NCBI GenBank assembly: GCA_038316355.1 | Contig: JBBQAO010000009.1 | Span: forward strand, 9,336 to 73,335 | Source: Burkholderiales bacterium | GTDB lineage: Bacteria; Pseudomonadota; Gammaproteobacteria; Burkholderiales; SG8-41 | Length of the DNA: 64,000 nucleotides | Reading direction: 5' to 3' | Shown here: positions 48,727 through 57,569 of the stretch, piece by piece | How positions within the stretch are numbered: the first letter of the stretch is position 1 | Layout of the letters: the number at the start of each line of letters is the position of its first letter | Made by a program: the position numbers and the translations under genes | Notes under the pieces: model-generated | What the model was told of the DNA's origin: nothing | What the model saw: the letters and a program-made list of their open reading frames with translations, nothing else | The model's database searches: none

Positions 48727-48833
48727 TTTTAGGCTGACCGCAGTCTTAAGGAGACACCGTTACCGTAGCGAGGTAACACCAGCACAAAGGCGTCCCGCCC
48801 GAGGCAGGCGCCACTCCCCAAAGGAGGTTTTGC

Positions 48834-49601
48834 ATGTACGCAAAATCGATTTCAGAAATACCCCCCGAAATATCCACCCAAGTTCGGGCCGCGGCAGCGC
48901 CGCACTGGACCCGCAAGATGGTCACCCTGGCGATGCTGATTGCCAGTTTCTCCGCCCTGGCCCTGCTGCTCCACGAACGTTACGGCGCCCACTGGCTGCA
49001 ATCCGCATATGCCGCCATGGAGAGCGAAGCCAAGGCCGTGTCCGATCGCGTGCTGCCGCAGCCCGCGCCGGCCGTGCACCCGGACGCCGCCCGGCATGAG
49101 GCGTTGGCCGAGTTCCTGGCCAAGCGCTACAAGGTATCCCAGGACGTGACGCTGGAGTTCGTGCAGATCGCCCATGCCGAAGCTGGCCAGGTGAATCTGG
49201 ACCCACTGCTGATCATGGCGGTGATTGCCGTCGAGTCGCGCTATAACCCGATCGCTGAAAGCGGCGTCGGCGCCAAGGGCCTGATGCAGATCATCCCGAA
49301 ATTCCATGGCGACAAGCTGGCTGAGTTTGGCGGCGAAAAAGCGGTGTTTGACCCGGAATCCAACATCCGCGTCGGCACCCGCATCCTTCGCGAATATCTG
49401 TCCCGCACTGGCAACCTGAGCATTGCGCTGCAGATGTATGCCGGCGCCCTGGGCGACGATAACGACACCTATACCAACAAGGTGTTGGGCGAAAAACAGC
49501 GCCTGCAGCGCGTCGTCGCCGCATTTGCCGAACCCGCGCCGGTACGGATGGCGCCGCAGCGCGTCGCCTCCCGGCGCATCGATTCCCTCCTCGGCGAATA
49601 A
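48834..49601 (+). CDS. membrane-anchored lytic transglycosylase (SLT domain)
   Basis: N-terminal TM segment (MVTLAMLIASFSALALLL) and an SLT catalytic region IMAVIAVESRYNPIAESGVGAKGLMQIIP. AAGGAGG lies upstream of the ATG. Confidence 0.85.
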   Translation: MYAKSISEIPPEISTQVRAAAAPHWTRKMVTLAMLIASFSALALLLHERYGAHWLQSAYAAMESEAKAVSDRVLPQPAPAVHPDAARHEALAEFLAKRYKVSQDVTLEFVQIAHAEAGQVNLDPLLIMAVIAVESRYNPIAESGVGAKGLMQIIPKFHGDKLAEFGGEKAVFDPESNIRVGTRILREYLSRTGNLSIALQMYAGALGDDNDTYTNKVLGEKQRLQRVVAAFAEPAPVRMAPQRVASRRIDSLLGE

Positions 49602-49628
49602 GCGCCGCTTTCCGCGGTTACCTGAGCG

Positions 49629-50000
49629 GTGGCCGCCATCCGTATTTCCTGGCCGACAGGATCGGTGATTGCCGATCTCCAACCGGGCGTCACTGTCGAT
49701 AAGCTGCTGGCGATCCTGCCCTGTGTATCCAGCGTCAGCACCTGGGGGGAGGAGGTTTATTTCTCCCTGCCGGTAGCCGCCACGCTGGAACCCGGTGCGC
49801 GGCAGGTGGTGGATCCCGGCACGGTGTGTTTCTGGGTGGACGGCAGTGCGCTGGCGCTGCCCTGGGGGCGAACCCCCGCATCCCGCGGTGATGAATGCCG
49901 GCTGGTCTGTGCCTGCAACGTGCTGGGCCGCATCCGGGGTGACCCGGCGGTGCTGAAATCCGCCCGCGACGGCGAAACGATCCGCGTCGAAGCGCTGTAA
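49629..50000 (+). CDS. cyclophilin-like fold protein (DUF3830-like)
   Basis: STWGEEVYFSLPVAATLEPGARQVVDPGTVCFW...NVLGRIRGD pattern recalled from cyclophilin-like family proteins. GTG start. Confidence 0.6.
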   Translation: MAAIRISWPTGSVIADLQPGVTVDKLLAILPCVSSVSTWGEEVYFSLPVAATLEPGARQVVDPGTVCFWVDGSALALPWGRTPASRGDECRLVCACNVLGRIRGDPAVLKSARDGETIRVEAL

Positions 50001-50023
50001 CAGCATCTGCGGCCTATAATCCC

Positions 50024-50079
50024 CGTAACGCAGGGCTCGTAATACAGGGTTCGTAACGCAGTGCTCGTAATACAGGGGG
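50024..50079 (+). repeat. 2 x 28-bp (4 x 14-bp) tandem repeat upstream of the PhaM-like gene
   Basis: CGTAACGCAGGGCTCGTAATACAGGGTT / CGTAACGCAGTGCTCGTAATACAGGGGG. The array ends 9 nt before ATG 50088. Confidence 0.85.
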
Positions 50080-50087
50080 AAGCGACC

Positions 50088-50363
50088 ATGGCCGATCAAG
50101 ACGTACCCAAAGACTTTTTTGAATTCATGCAGAAAATGTGGAACCCGATGGGATTTCCCATGCCGGGCATGATCGCGCCGACGATGAATGTCGAGGATCT
50201 GCAGAAAAAAATCGCTGAGCTGAAGGCGGTCGAAACCTGGCTGACCATGAACACCGGTTTTGTGCAGATGACCGTCAAGACGCTGGAGATGCAGAAGGCC
50301 GGACTGGAGAGTCTGCAGTCTGCGGGCAAGGCCGCAGCGGGTGAAAAAAGGGCGCCGGGTTAA
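50088..50363 (+). CDS. PhaM-like N-terminal-domain protein (short, no Lys-rich tail)
   Basis: 91 aa. FMQKMWNPMGFPMPGM...VEDLQKKIAELKAVETWLTMN...LEMQKAGLESLQS resembles my recollection of the PhaM N-terminal domain. Confidence 0.55.
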   Translation: MADQDVPKDFFEFMQKMWNPMGFPMPGMIAPTMNVEDLQKKIAELKAVETWLTMNTGFVQMTVKTLEMQKAGLESLQSAGKAAAGEKRAPG

Positions 50364-50388
50364 AGGCAGCTTTTTCTTGCGGGCGATT

Positions 50389-50465
50389 TAAGCCCGCGCG
50401 TCGAGCGTCTTCGGATCAAGGAACGGTTTGTCACCCCTGATCTGGGTGCGATGCGTCAGGCGCCG
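50389..50465 (-). pseudogene. duplicated 3'-terminal fragment of the adjacent TauD-family gene
   Basis: A 77-nt stretch matches 50555-50631 at 73/77 positions. It encodes ...HRTQIRGDKPFLDPKTLDARA*, against ...HRTQIRGDKPFFDPKTLDARA* in the intact gene. No similarity is seen upstream of the fragment. Confidence 0.75.
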
Positions 50466-50553
50466 CTGCGCGGCACCTGCCCGATGCATCTTTTTAAATG
50501 TTGTGGCTGCGGCCTGACCCGTGCTGCGCCCGGGCCAGCCTCCGCCGCAACCG

Positions 50554-51450
50554 CTAAGCCCGCGCGTCGAGCGTCTTCGGATCAAAGAACGGCTTGTCAC
50601 CCCTGATCTGGGTGCGATGCATCAGACGCCGTGACTCCGGATCAAAGGCATCGCGGCGGTGCATGGCGCTGCGGTTGTCCCACAGCACCAGGTCGCCGAC
50701 CTGCCATACCTGATACCACTCGAATTCCTTTTTGGTGGCGTGCGCCCACAGCTGGTTGAGCAGATCTTCGCTCTCGTCCAGCGGCATGCCGATGATGTAG
50801 GCATTGCGGCGGCGGCCGAGAAACAGGCAGTTGCGGTGGCTGCGCGGATGGGTGCGCAGCAGCGGATGGATGGCGCCCGGCGCATCACGCGGATCGTTGA
50901 CATCGCTGAAACCCTTGCGCAGCTCGCCAGCGCTGTTGCGACTCGAGTCATGGCGGCAGAAACGGCCAAGAATCTGTTTTTTGATGGCTGCCGGCAGCGT
51001 GTCATAGGCTTTAAACATGTTGGAGAAGCCCGTGTTGCCGCCTTCCGGCGGCACTTCCAGCGAATACAGCAGGCTGCCGATCGGCGCCATGTCGTTGTAG
51101 GACATGTCGGTATGCCATTCGGCCTCGTAATGGCCGAGGTTACCGATGGATTTACCGTCGACCTTGATGTTCGACATCACGGTGATTTGCGGAAAGGGAT
51201 TGACCACATCCTTGCCGGCATGAACCGGTGCCTGGTCGAGTTCGCCGAACAATTGTCCGAATGCCAGCAGCGCCGGATCATCGAGCTGCTGATTGCGGAA
51301 ACGCAGCACCAGATGCGAGTGCCAGGCGTCCTCGATCTGCCGGAACGTCTCCTGCGACAGCGGTTTGGCCAGATCGACGCCGACGATATCGGCGCCCAGC
51401 GCCGCGCCGGTGGGGATGACGGTGATGTTGCTTTTTTGCGGGATGTCCAT
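50554..51450 (-). CDS. TauD/TfdA family Fe(II)/2-oxoglutarate dioxygenase
   Basis: 298 aa with WHTDMSY (HxD iron ligands) and VLWDNRSAMHRR. Confidence 0.88.
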   Translation of the reverse strand: MDIPQKSNITVIPTGAALGADIVGVDLAKPLSQETFRQIEDAWHSHLVLRFRNQQLDDPALLAFGQLFGELDQAPVHAGKDVVNPFPQITVMSNIKVDGKSIGNLGHYEAEWHTDMSYNDMAPIGSLLYSLEVPPEGGNTGFSNMFKAYDTLPAAIKKQILGRFCRHDSSRNSAGELRKGFSDVNDPRDAPGAIHPLLRTHPRSHRNCLFLGRRRNAYIIGMPLDESEDLLNQLWAHATKKEFEWYQVWQVGDLVLWDNRSAMHRRDAFDPESRRLMHRTQIRGDKPFFDPKTLDARA

Positions 51451-51542
51451 GGGGTTCCTCCTTCTCAGCGGAACATGCTACTGCGCGCCGCCGCGATCCT
51501 CAAGGCCGCGGCCATATTGCGGAAGTTCGCGGTGCGCAAACC

Positions 51543-52457
51543 TCATTTTGCCCCGATTTTGTTGCGCAGCACGCCCAATCCTTCCACTTCAGTCTCAAGG
51601 ATGTCGCCTGCTTTCATGAATTCCGGCGGGGTGCGTGCATGGCCGACGCCGGCCGGAGTCCCGGTGAGGAACAGGTCACCCGGTTCCAGCGTGAGGCCCG
51701 CCGACAGTTCCGCAATCAGCCGCGGCAGCTTGAAATACATACAGCTGGTGTTGGAATCCTGCTTGGTCACGCCGTTGACGCGGCAGGTGATGCGCAGATT
51801 CTGCGGATTCCTGACTTCGTCCGCAGTTGTTAACCACGGCCCCATCGGGCAGTGGCCGTCGAGGCTCTTGCCTTTGAACCACTGCTGGCCGTGCTGGCGC
51901 TGCACTTCGCGCGCCGAGACATCGTTGGCGATCATGTAGCCGTAGATGTGTTTCATCGCATCGGCTTCGCTGATGTTGCGGCCGCCCTTGCCGATGACCA
52001 CGGCCATCTCCACTTCCCAGTCGAGTTTTTCGGTGACGCCGGGGTGCGAGGGCACTTCGCCGTAGGGGCTGTTGACAGTCAGCGGCTGCTTGCTGAAAAA
52101 CGCCGGATGTTTCGGCAGTTCCGTCACATGCGGCCGCGCCTTCGCACCTTCCTCGAAATGTTCAACGTAATTCCAGCCGACGCAGAACACGTTTTTGCGC
52201 GGACGGGGAATCGGCGCATGCAGCGTGACCTTGGCCATCGCGTGATGACCGGTTTTCACGCCGGCGACGGCTTTTTTGACCAGCGCCAGACCGGATTTGC
52301 CGGCGGCGACCAGTGCGACCATGTCGTTCGCGGCGAAGGGCAGCTTGACCCGCGCTTTTTTCGCCGCGGCCTCGAGGTCGATGATGCTGCCGTCGGCGGC
52401 GATCACGCCGATTTTTGCCGGAACGCGTTTGCCTGCAGAATAAGTGACCAGTTTCAT
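51543..52457 (-). CDS. fumarylacetoacetate hydrolase (FAH) family protein
   Basis: FAH fold pattern: DWEVEMAVVIGKGG, GYMIANDVSARE, GDLFLTGTPAGVG. Confidence 0.88.
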   Translation of the reverse strand: MKLVTYSAGKRVPAKIGVIAADGSIIDLEAAAKKARVKLPFAANDMVALVAAGKSGLALVKKAVAGVKTGHHAMAKVTLHAPIPRPRKNVFCVGWNYVEHFEEGAKARPHVTELPKHPAFFSKQPLTVNSPYGEVPSHPGVTEKLDWEVEMAVVIGKGGRNISEADAMKHIYGYMIANDVSAREVQRQHGQQWFKGKSLDGHCPMGPWLTTADEVRNPQNLRITCRVNGVTKQDSNTSCMYFKLPRLIAELSAGLTLEPGDLFLTGTPAGVGHARTPPEFMKAGDILETEVEGLGVLRNKIGAK

Positions 52458-52487
52458 GTCATTCTCCCTTGGTGATATTGGGTGATT

Positions 52488-53492
52488 TTATTGAGTAAGT
52501 TGTTTGAATTTTTCGGTGGCCTGGACCAGCGCCGCGCAGATGCCGGGCTCCCATGCCGAATGTCCGGCATCGGGCACGATGATGTATTCCGCTTCCGGCC
52601 ATGCGCGGTGCAGGTCGTCCGCGGACACGATGGGGCACACCGCGTCATAACGGCCCTGCACGATGACACCGGGAATGTTGCGGATGCGGCCGACATTGTC
52701 CAGCAGCGAATTGTACGGCAGGAAAATGTCGTGCTTGAAATAATGCGCTTCGACGCGCGCGAGGCCCAAGGCAACCACGTCGCCGGCAAAATAGGCCACG
52801 GTTTCCGGGCTCGGCAGCAGCGTCGAGCAGGAACCTTCGTAAGTGCTCCATGCCCGCGCCGCCGGCATGTGCACTGCTGGATCGGGATCGGTCAAACGGC
52901 GATGGTAGGCGCTGAGCAGGTCGCCGCGTTCGGCTTCCGGTATCGGGCCGGTGAAGGCGCGCCAGGCTTCCGGGAACAGGTTGCGCAGGCCGTAGAGAAA
53001 CCAGTCGATTTCACTGCTGCGGCAGAGGAAAATGCCGCGCAGGATCAGCCCGGTGCAGCGTTGCGGATGCGCTTCGGCGTAGGCCAGCGCGAGGGTGCTG
53101 CCCCAGGAACCACCGAATACCAGCCAGCGTGCGATGCCGAGTTTTTCGCGAAGTTGTTCGATGTCCGACACGAGTAACGGTGTCGTGTTGTCGGTGACCT
53201 CACCCAGCGGGGTCGAGCGGCCCGCGCCGCGCTGATCGAAAATGATGATGCGGTAATGCGCGGGATCAAAAAAACGCCGGTGCGCGGATGCTGCGCCGGC
53301 ACCGGGCCCGCCGTGCAGGAACAGCACCGGTGCGCCGCGCGGATTGCCGCTTTCCTCGAAATACATCTGATGCCGGCCGTCGAGCGCCAGCATGCCGCTG
53401 CTGCAAGGCTGGATTTCGGGATAAAGATCGGCGCGCAAGCTGGAAGATGTGCCGGAAGATGAGCCGGAAGATGTCTGGACCATGAAAGCCAC
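52488..53492 (-). CDS. pip: prolyl aminopeptidase (proline iminopeptidase)
   Basis: LYPEIQPCSSGML, FLHGGPGAG, nucleophile elbow GGSWGSTLALAYA and C-terminal GHSAWEPG. It carries an N-terminal Ser/Gly-rich extension encoded by a 3 x 12-bp repeat. Confidence 0.92.
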   Translation of the reverse strand: MAFMVQTSSGSSSGTSSSLRADLYPEIQPCSSGMLALDGRHQMYFEESGNPRGAPVLFLHGGPGAGAASAHRRFFDPAHYRIIIFDQRGAGRSTPLGEVTDNTTPLLVSDIEQLREKLGIARWLVFGGSWGSTLALAYAEAHPQRCTGLILRGIFLCRSSEIDWFLYGLRNLFPEAWRAFTGPIPEAERGDLLSAYHRRLTDPDPAVHMPAARAWSTYEGSCSTLLPSPETVAYFAGDVVALGLARVEAHYFKHDIFLPYNSLLDNVGRIRNIPGVIVQGRYDAVCPIVSADDLHRAWPEAEYIIVPDAGHSAWEPGICAALVQATEKFKQLTQ

Positions 53493-53566
53493 GTTGTTCG
53501 CTGCAAAAAAAGCAGCGCAACGTTAGCACAAAGGCGGCTGCAGCGTGTGCGGGCGGTCGCCCCTGA

Positions 53567-53932
53567 CTACATCATGCTGACGTGTGCGGCGACGACGCGC
53601 CAGCCTTCAGCCACACGCACCCACGTCTGCATCTGCCGTCCTGAGCGGCTGCTGCGCTCGAACTGCAGGCTCGAGGTGGCGAAGTCGCGGCCGTAGGTGG
53701 TGATCACTTCACGAGAAACCGTTCGCGCCAGCCCTGCCGGCGAGCGCGCAGAGCGGAACTGCGCAATCTCCTGATAACCGTACAGCACTTCCCCGGCACC
53801 GTAACGAATGGTATGCGGGCTGTGCCAGAACAGGGCATCAAGTGTCGCCACATCATTGCTGACCAGCGCCTGTTCATAGCGCTTGCATGCTGCGGCGACC
53901 TCCGCCACCACTTCCGGAATATTGATCTCCAC
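53567..53932 (-). CDS. AtzH-like / SnoaL-like (NTF2 fold) protein
   Basis: 121 aa. [46 protein letters not shown]...WRVVAAHVS matches my recollection of AtzH-like (DUF3225) proteins. Confidence 0.6.
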   Translation of the reverse strand: MEINIPEVVAEVAAACKRYEQALVSNDVATLDALFWHSPHTIRYGAGEVLYGYQEIAQFRSARSPAGLARTVSREVITTYGRDFATSSLQFERSSRSGRQMQTWVRVAEGWRVVAAHVSMM

Positions 53933-53975
53933 CGTTTCCCCTCAATCCGCAATCCGTGATCCTCAATCCTGCTCT

Positions 53976-54938
53976 TCAGTCCGCGCGGGCCCCGGTTTCC
54001 TTGGCCACTTTCGCCCATTTTGCGATGTCCTGTTTGACCACCGCGGTGAATTGCGCGGAATTACCATACATCATTTCCGCGCCGCGTTGGGACAGGCCGC
54101 TGCGCAGCGGCTTATTGTCGGACAGCAGCGCGACATCGTTTTCAATTTTCTTGGCGATGGTTGCCGGAAGTCCGGCCGGGGCGAAAAGCCCGTACCACTG
54201 CGCGGCTTCGTAGCCGGGCAATCCGCTTTCGGCGACCGTGGGCACTTCCGGCAGCGTGGGGTAGCGCTTGGTGGTGGTCACGGCCAGCATGCGCAGCTTG
54301 CCGCTTTGCACCAGCGGCAGCGCCGACACGATGATGTCGATCATGTACTGGGTGCGCCCTGCGATCAGGTCCGGCAATGCCGGGCCGCTGCCCTTGTACG
54401 GCACATGTACCGCTTTGATGCCCGCCGTGATGTTGAACATTGCGGCGGCCAGGTGCGGCAGTGCGCCGTTGCCCGAAGACGCAAACGACAGTTGGTCGGG
54501 TTTGGCCTTGGCCAGCGCAACCAGATCCTTCACTGATTTCACCGGCAGCCCGTTGGTGACCACCAGCAGTTGCGGCGACAGCGCAAACGAGGCCAGCGCG
54601 ACCAGGTCCCTGCGTGGATCGTAGCTCAGGTCCGGATAAATGCTCGGTGCGATGACGACACCAGCATTGACGCCCATCAACAAGGTGTAACCGTCGGCCG
54701 GGCTTTTTGCGACCAGGCCGGTGCCGATGGTGGCGCCGGCACCGCCGCGGTTGTCCACCACCACGTTTTGCCCCCACATTTCCGACAGTGCCTGGGCCAC
54801 CGTGCGTCCGACGTAGTCGGAGGCACCGCCCGGCGGGAAGGGAATGATCATGCGTACCGGTTTGGTCGGATAGGCGGAGGTTGCCAGCGGTATGCCGGCA
54901 AATACAGCGGCGGCGATCAGGCGGGTGATGAGGCGCAT
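53976..54938 (-). CDS. Bug-family tripartite tricarboxylate transporter substrate-binding protein (TctC-like)
   Basis: Signal peptide, YPTKPVRMIIPFPPGGASD and HVPYKGSGPAL. Confidence 0.9.
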   Translation of the reverse strand: MRLITRLIAAAVFAGIPLATSAYPTKPVRMIIPFPPGGASDYVGRTVAQALSEMWGQNVVVDNRGGAGATIGTGLVAKSPADGYTLLMGVNAGVVIAPSIYPDLSYDPRRDLVALASFALSPQLLVVTNGLPVKSVKDLVALAKAKPDQLSFASSGNGALPHLAAAMFNITAGIKAVHVPYKGSGPALPDLIAGRTQYMIDIIVSALPLVQSGKLRMLAVTTTKRYPTLPEVPTVAESGLPGYEAAQWYGLFAPAGLPATIAKKIENDVALLSDNKPLRSGLSQRGAEMMYGNSAQFTAVVKQDIAKWAKVAKETGARAD

Positions 54939-55203
54939 GGGGTTCTCCGGTAAATGGCGACAGGCGACAGCAATTGCCGTGCAGCAGATTTAGCAATTCC
55001 TGTGCCACTGCAGCAGCGCCACGCGCATGCGACGACAGGCGGGCGTAAGCGCGTACGCGGGCACCGCGCGGGTGCCTGCGCCCCGTTGCGGTGCAGGTAA
55101 CCGGACAGGCTGGCAGCAGCAGGGCAGCGAGGGGGCTACGGTATAATTCCGCTCCCGCAAAGCCACGCGGCTTGCGGCTGACATCGAAAGGCGGTTTTCG
55201 CAA

Positions 55204-57501
55204 ATGCCTGAAGAGCAACTCCGTAAAGCGGCGCTCGAATATCACCGCTTTCCCGTGCCGGGAAAAATCGCAGTCACTCCGACCAAGAGTCTGGTCAACC
55301 AGCGCGACCTGGCACTCGCCTACACGCCTGGTGTAGCCAAGGTCTGCGAGGAAATCGCCGCCAATCCGGCGGACGCCAGCCTCTATACCGCGCGCGGCAA
55401 CCTGGTTGCGGTGATCACCAACGGCACCGCCGTGCTCGGCTTGGGCAACATCGGTCCGCTGGCGGCGAAGCCGGTGATGGAAGGCAAGGCGGTGTTGTTC
55501 AAGAAATTCGCCGGCATCGACGTCTTCGATATCGAAATCAACGAACTCGACCCGTACAAGCTGGTCGACATCATCGCCTCGCTCGAGCCCACCTTTGGCG
55601 GCATCAACCTCGAAGACATCAAGGCGCCGGAGTGTTTCATCGTCGAGCGCGAACTCCGCAAGCGCTGCAAGATTCCGGTATTCCATGACGATCAGCACGG
55701 CACTGCAATCATCGTCAGCGCGGCCTTCACCAACGGCCTGAAGGTCGTCGGCAAGGACATCTCGACAATAAAACTCGTCGTGTCCGGTGCGGGCGCCGCA
55801 GCGCTGACCTGTCTCGACCTGCTGGTGTCGCTGGGCCTGAAAAAGGAAAACATCACCGTCACAGACATTGTCGGTGTTGTTTACAAAGGCCGCGCCGAAC
55901 TGATGGACGACGAAAAATCGCGTTACGCCATCGACACCGACGCGCGCGAGCTGCGCGACGTGATGGCCGGCGCCGACGCATTCCTCGGCCTGTCGGCGGG
56001 GAAGGTGCTGAAACCCGAGATGGTCAAGCTGATGGCGGAGCGCCCGCTGATTCTGGCGCTGGCCAACCCCGAGCCGGAAATCCTGCCCGAGCTGGTGAAG
56101 GAAGTGCGCCCTGATGCGGTAATGGCCACCGGCCGTTCGGATTATCCGAACCAGGTCAACAACGTTCTGTGTTTTCCGTTCATCTTCCGCGGCGCGCTCG
56201 ATGTCGGCGCGACCACCATCAACCGCGAGATGGAAATTGCCGCGGTCAACGCGATTGCCGCGCTGGCGCAGGCGGAACAGTCCGACATTGTCGCTGCCGC
56301 CTACGGCGAACAGGATTTGAAATTCGGTGCCGACTACCTGATTCCCAAGCCCTTCGACCCGCGCCTGATTGCGCATGTGGCACCGGCGGTGGCCAAGGCT
56401 GCGATGGACAGCGGCGTCGCGACGCGCCCGATCACCGACTTCGATGCCTACAAAGAGCGGTTGAACCGCTTTGTATACCAGTCCGGCCACATCATGAGTT
56501 CGGTGTTTGCCGCGGCGAAAAAATCACCCAAGCGCGTGGTCTATGCCGAGGGCGAGGAAGAGCGCGTGCTGCGCGCTGCCCAGCAGGTGGTGGACGAGGG
56601 CCTCGCGCGGCCGATCCTGATCGGGCGGCCCGATGTCATCAAGACCCGCATCGAGCGCCTCGGTCTGCGCCTGCAGCGCGAGCAGCATTACGACACCATT
56701 GATCCCAACAACGATCCGCGCTATCGCGAGTACTGGACCGAATACCACCGTCTCACCAAACGCAAGGGTATTTCCGGCGAGATCGCCAAGCTCGACATGC
56801 GCCGCCGGCCGACGCTGATCGGTGCGATGCTGGTGCACATGGGCGATGCTGACGCGATGCTGTGCGGCATCCTTGGCCAGTACGGTCGCCACCTGCACAC
56901 CATCGACCAGGTCATCGGCCGCCGGCCAGGCGTGAACCAGTATTCCGCGATGAATACGCTGCTGCTGCCCAAGGGCACGGTCTTCATCTGTGATACCTAC
57001 GTCACCTTCGATCCCACTGCCGAGCAGATCGCCGAATCGACGATCCTCGCCGCGGAGGAAATCCGCCGTTTCGGCATCACGCCCAAGGCCGCGCTGTTGT
57101 CGCACTCGAGCTTCGGTGGCAGCGATTCCGTCACCGCGCAGAAAATGCGTCGCGCGCTGGAACTGGTCATGCAGATCGACCCGCACCTCGAGGTCGAAGG
57201 CGAGATGCAGGGCGACATGGCGCTGTCCGAGGAAATCCGCCAACGCGCGCTGCCCGACAACCGCCTCAAGGGCGCGGCAAACCTGCTGGTGATGCCCAAT
57301 CTCGACGCCGCGAACATTTCGTTCAACCTGCTCAAGTCCGCATCCGGCGACGGCATCACCATCGGCCCGATCCTGCTCGGTGCCGCCAAGCCCGCGCACA
57401 TCATCACGCCGTCATCGACCGTACGCCGCATCGTCAACATGACCGCGCTGTCGGTGGTCGATGCCGGCGCTGAGCGCGGCGAACAACGTCCCTTGCTGTA
57501 G
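55204..57501 (+). CDS. maeB: NADP-dependent malic enzyme (malic enzyme + PTA-like domain)
   Basis: 765 aa with an N-terminal malic enzyme domain ([25 protein letters not shown]) and a C-terminal phosphate acetyltransferase-like domain. Confidence 0.95.
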   Translation: MPEEQLRKAALEYHRFPVPGKIAVTPTKSLVNQRDLALAYTPGVAKVCEEIAANPADASLYTARGNLVAVITNGTAVLGLGNIGPLAAKPVMEGKAVLFKKFAGIDVFDIEINELDPYKLVDIIASLEPTFGGINLEDIKAPECFIVERELRKRCKIPVFHDDQHGTAIIVSAAFTNGLKVVGKDISTIKLVVSGAGAAALTCLDLLVSLGLKKENITVTDIVGVVYKGRAELMDDEKSRYAIDTDARELRDVMAGADAFLGLSAGKVLKPEMVKLMAERPLILALANPEPEILPELVKEVRPDAVMATGRSDYPNQVNNVLCFPFIFRGALDVGATTINREMEIAAVNAIAALAQAEQSDIVAAAYGEQDLKFGADYLIPKPFDPRLIAHVAPAVAKAAMDSGVATRPITDFDAYKERLNRFVYQSGHIMSSVFAAAKKSPKRVVYAEGEEERVLRAAQQVVDEGLARPILIGRPDVIKTRIERLGLRLQREQHYDTIDPNNDPRYREYWTEYHRLTKRKGISGEIAKLDMRRRPTLIGAMLVHMGDADAMLCGILGQYGRHLHTIDQVIGRRPGVNQYSAMNTLLLPKGTVFICDTYVTFDPTAEQIAESTILAAEEIRRFGITPKAALLSHSSFGGSDSVTAQKMRRALELVMQIDPHLEVEGEMQGDMALSEEIRQRALPDNRLKGAANLLVMPNLDAANISFNLLKSASGDGITIGPILLGAAKPAHIITPSSTVRRIVNMTALSVVDAGAERGEQRPLL

Positions 57502-57569
57502 CCTCAGCACTTTTTATAACCAATTGTTTTTATTGATTATTTTATAACTTATTTTTGTAACTTATCACC

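Noticed and set aside
50388-50600. 70-aa minus-strand ORF as an independent gene.
   Set aside because: Only its last 21 codons resemble anything, namely the TauD-family C-terminus. The remainder is Arg/Gly-rich and overlaps the intact gene's 3' end, so it is interpreted as a gene fragment.
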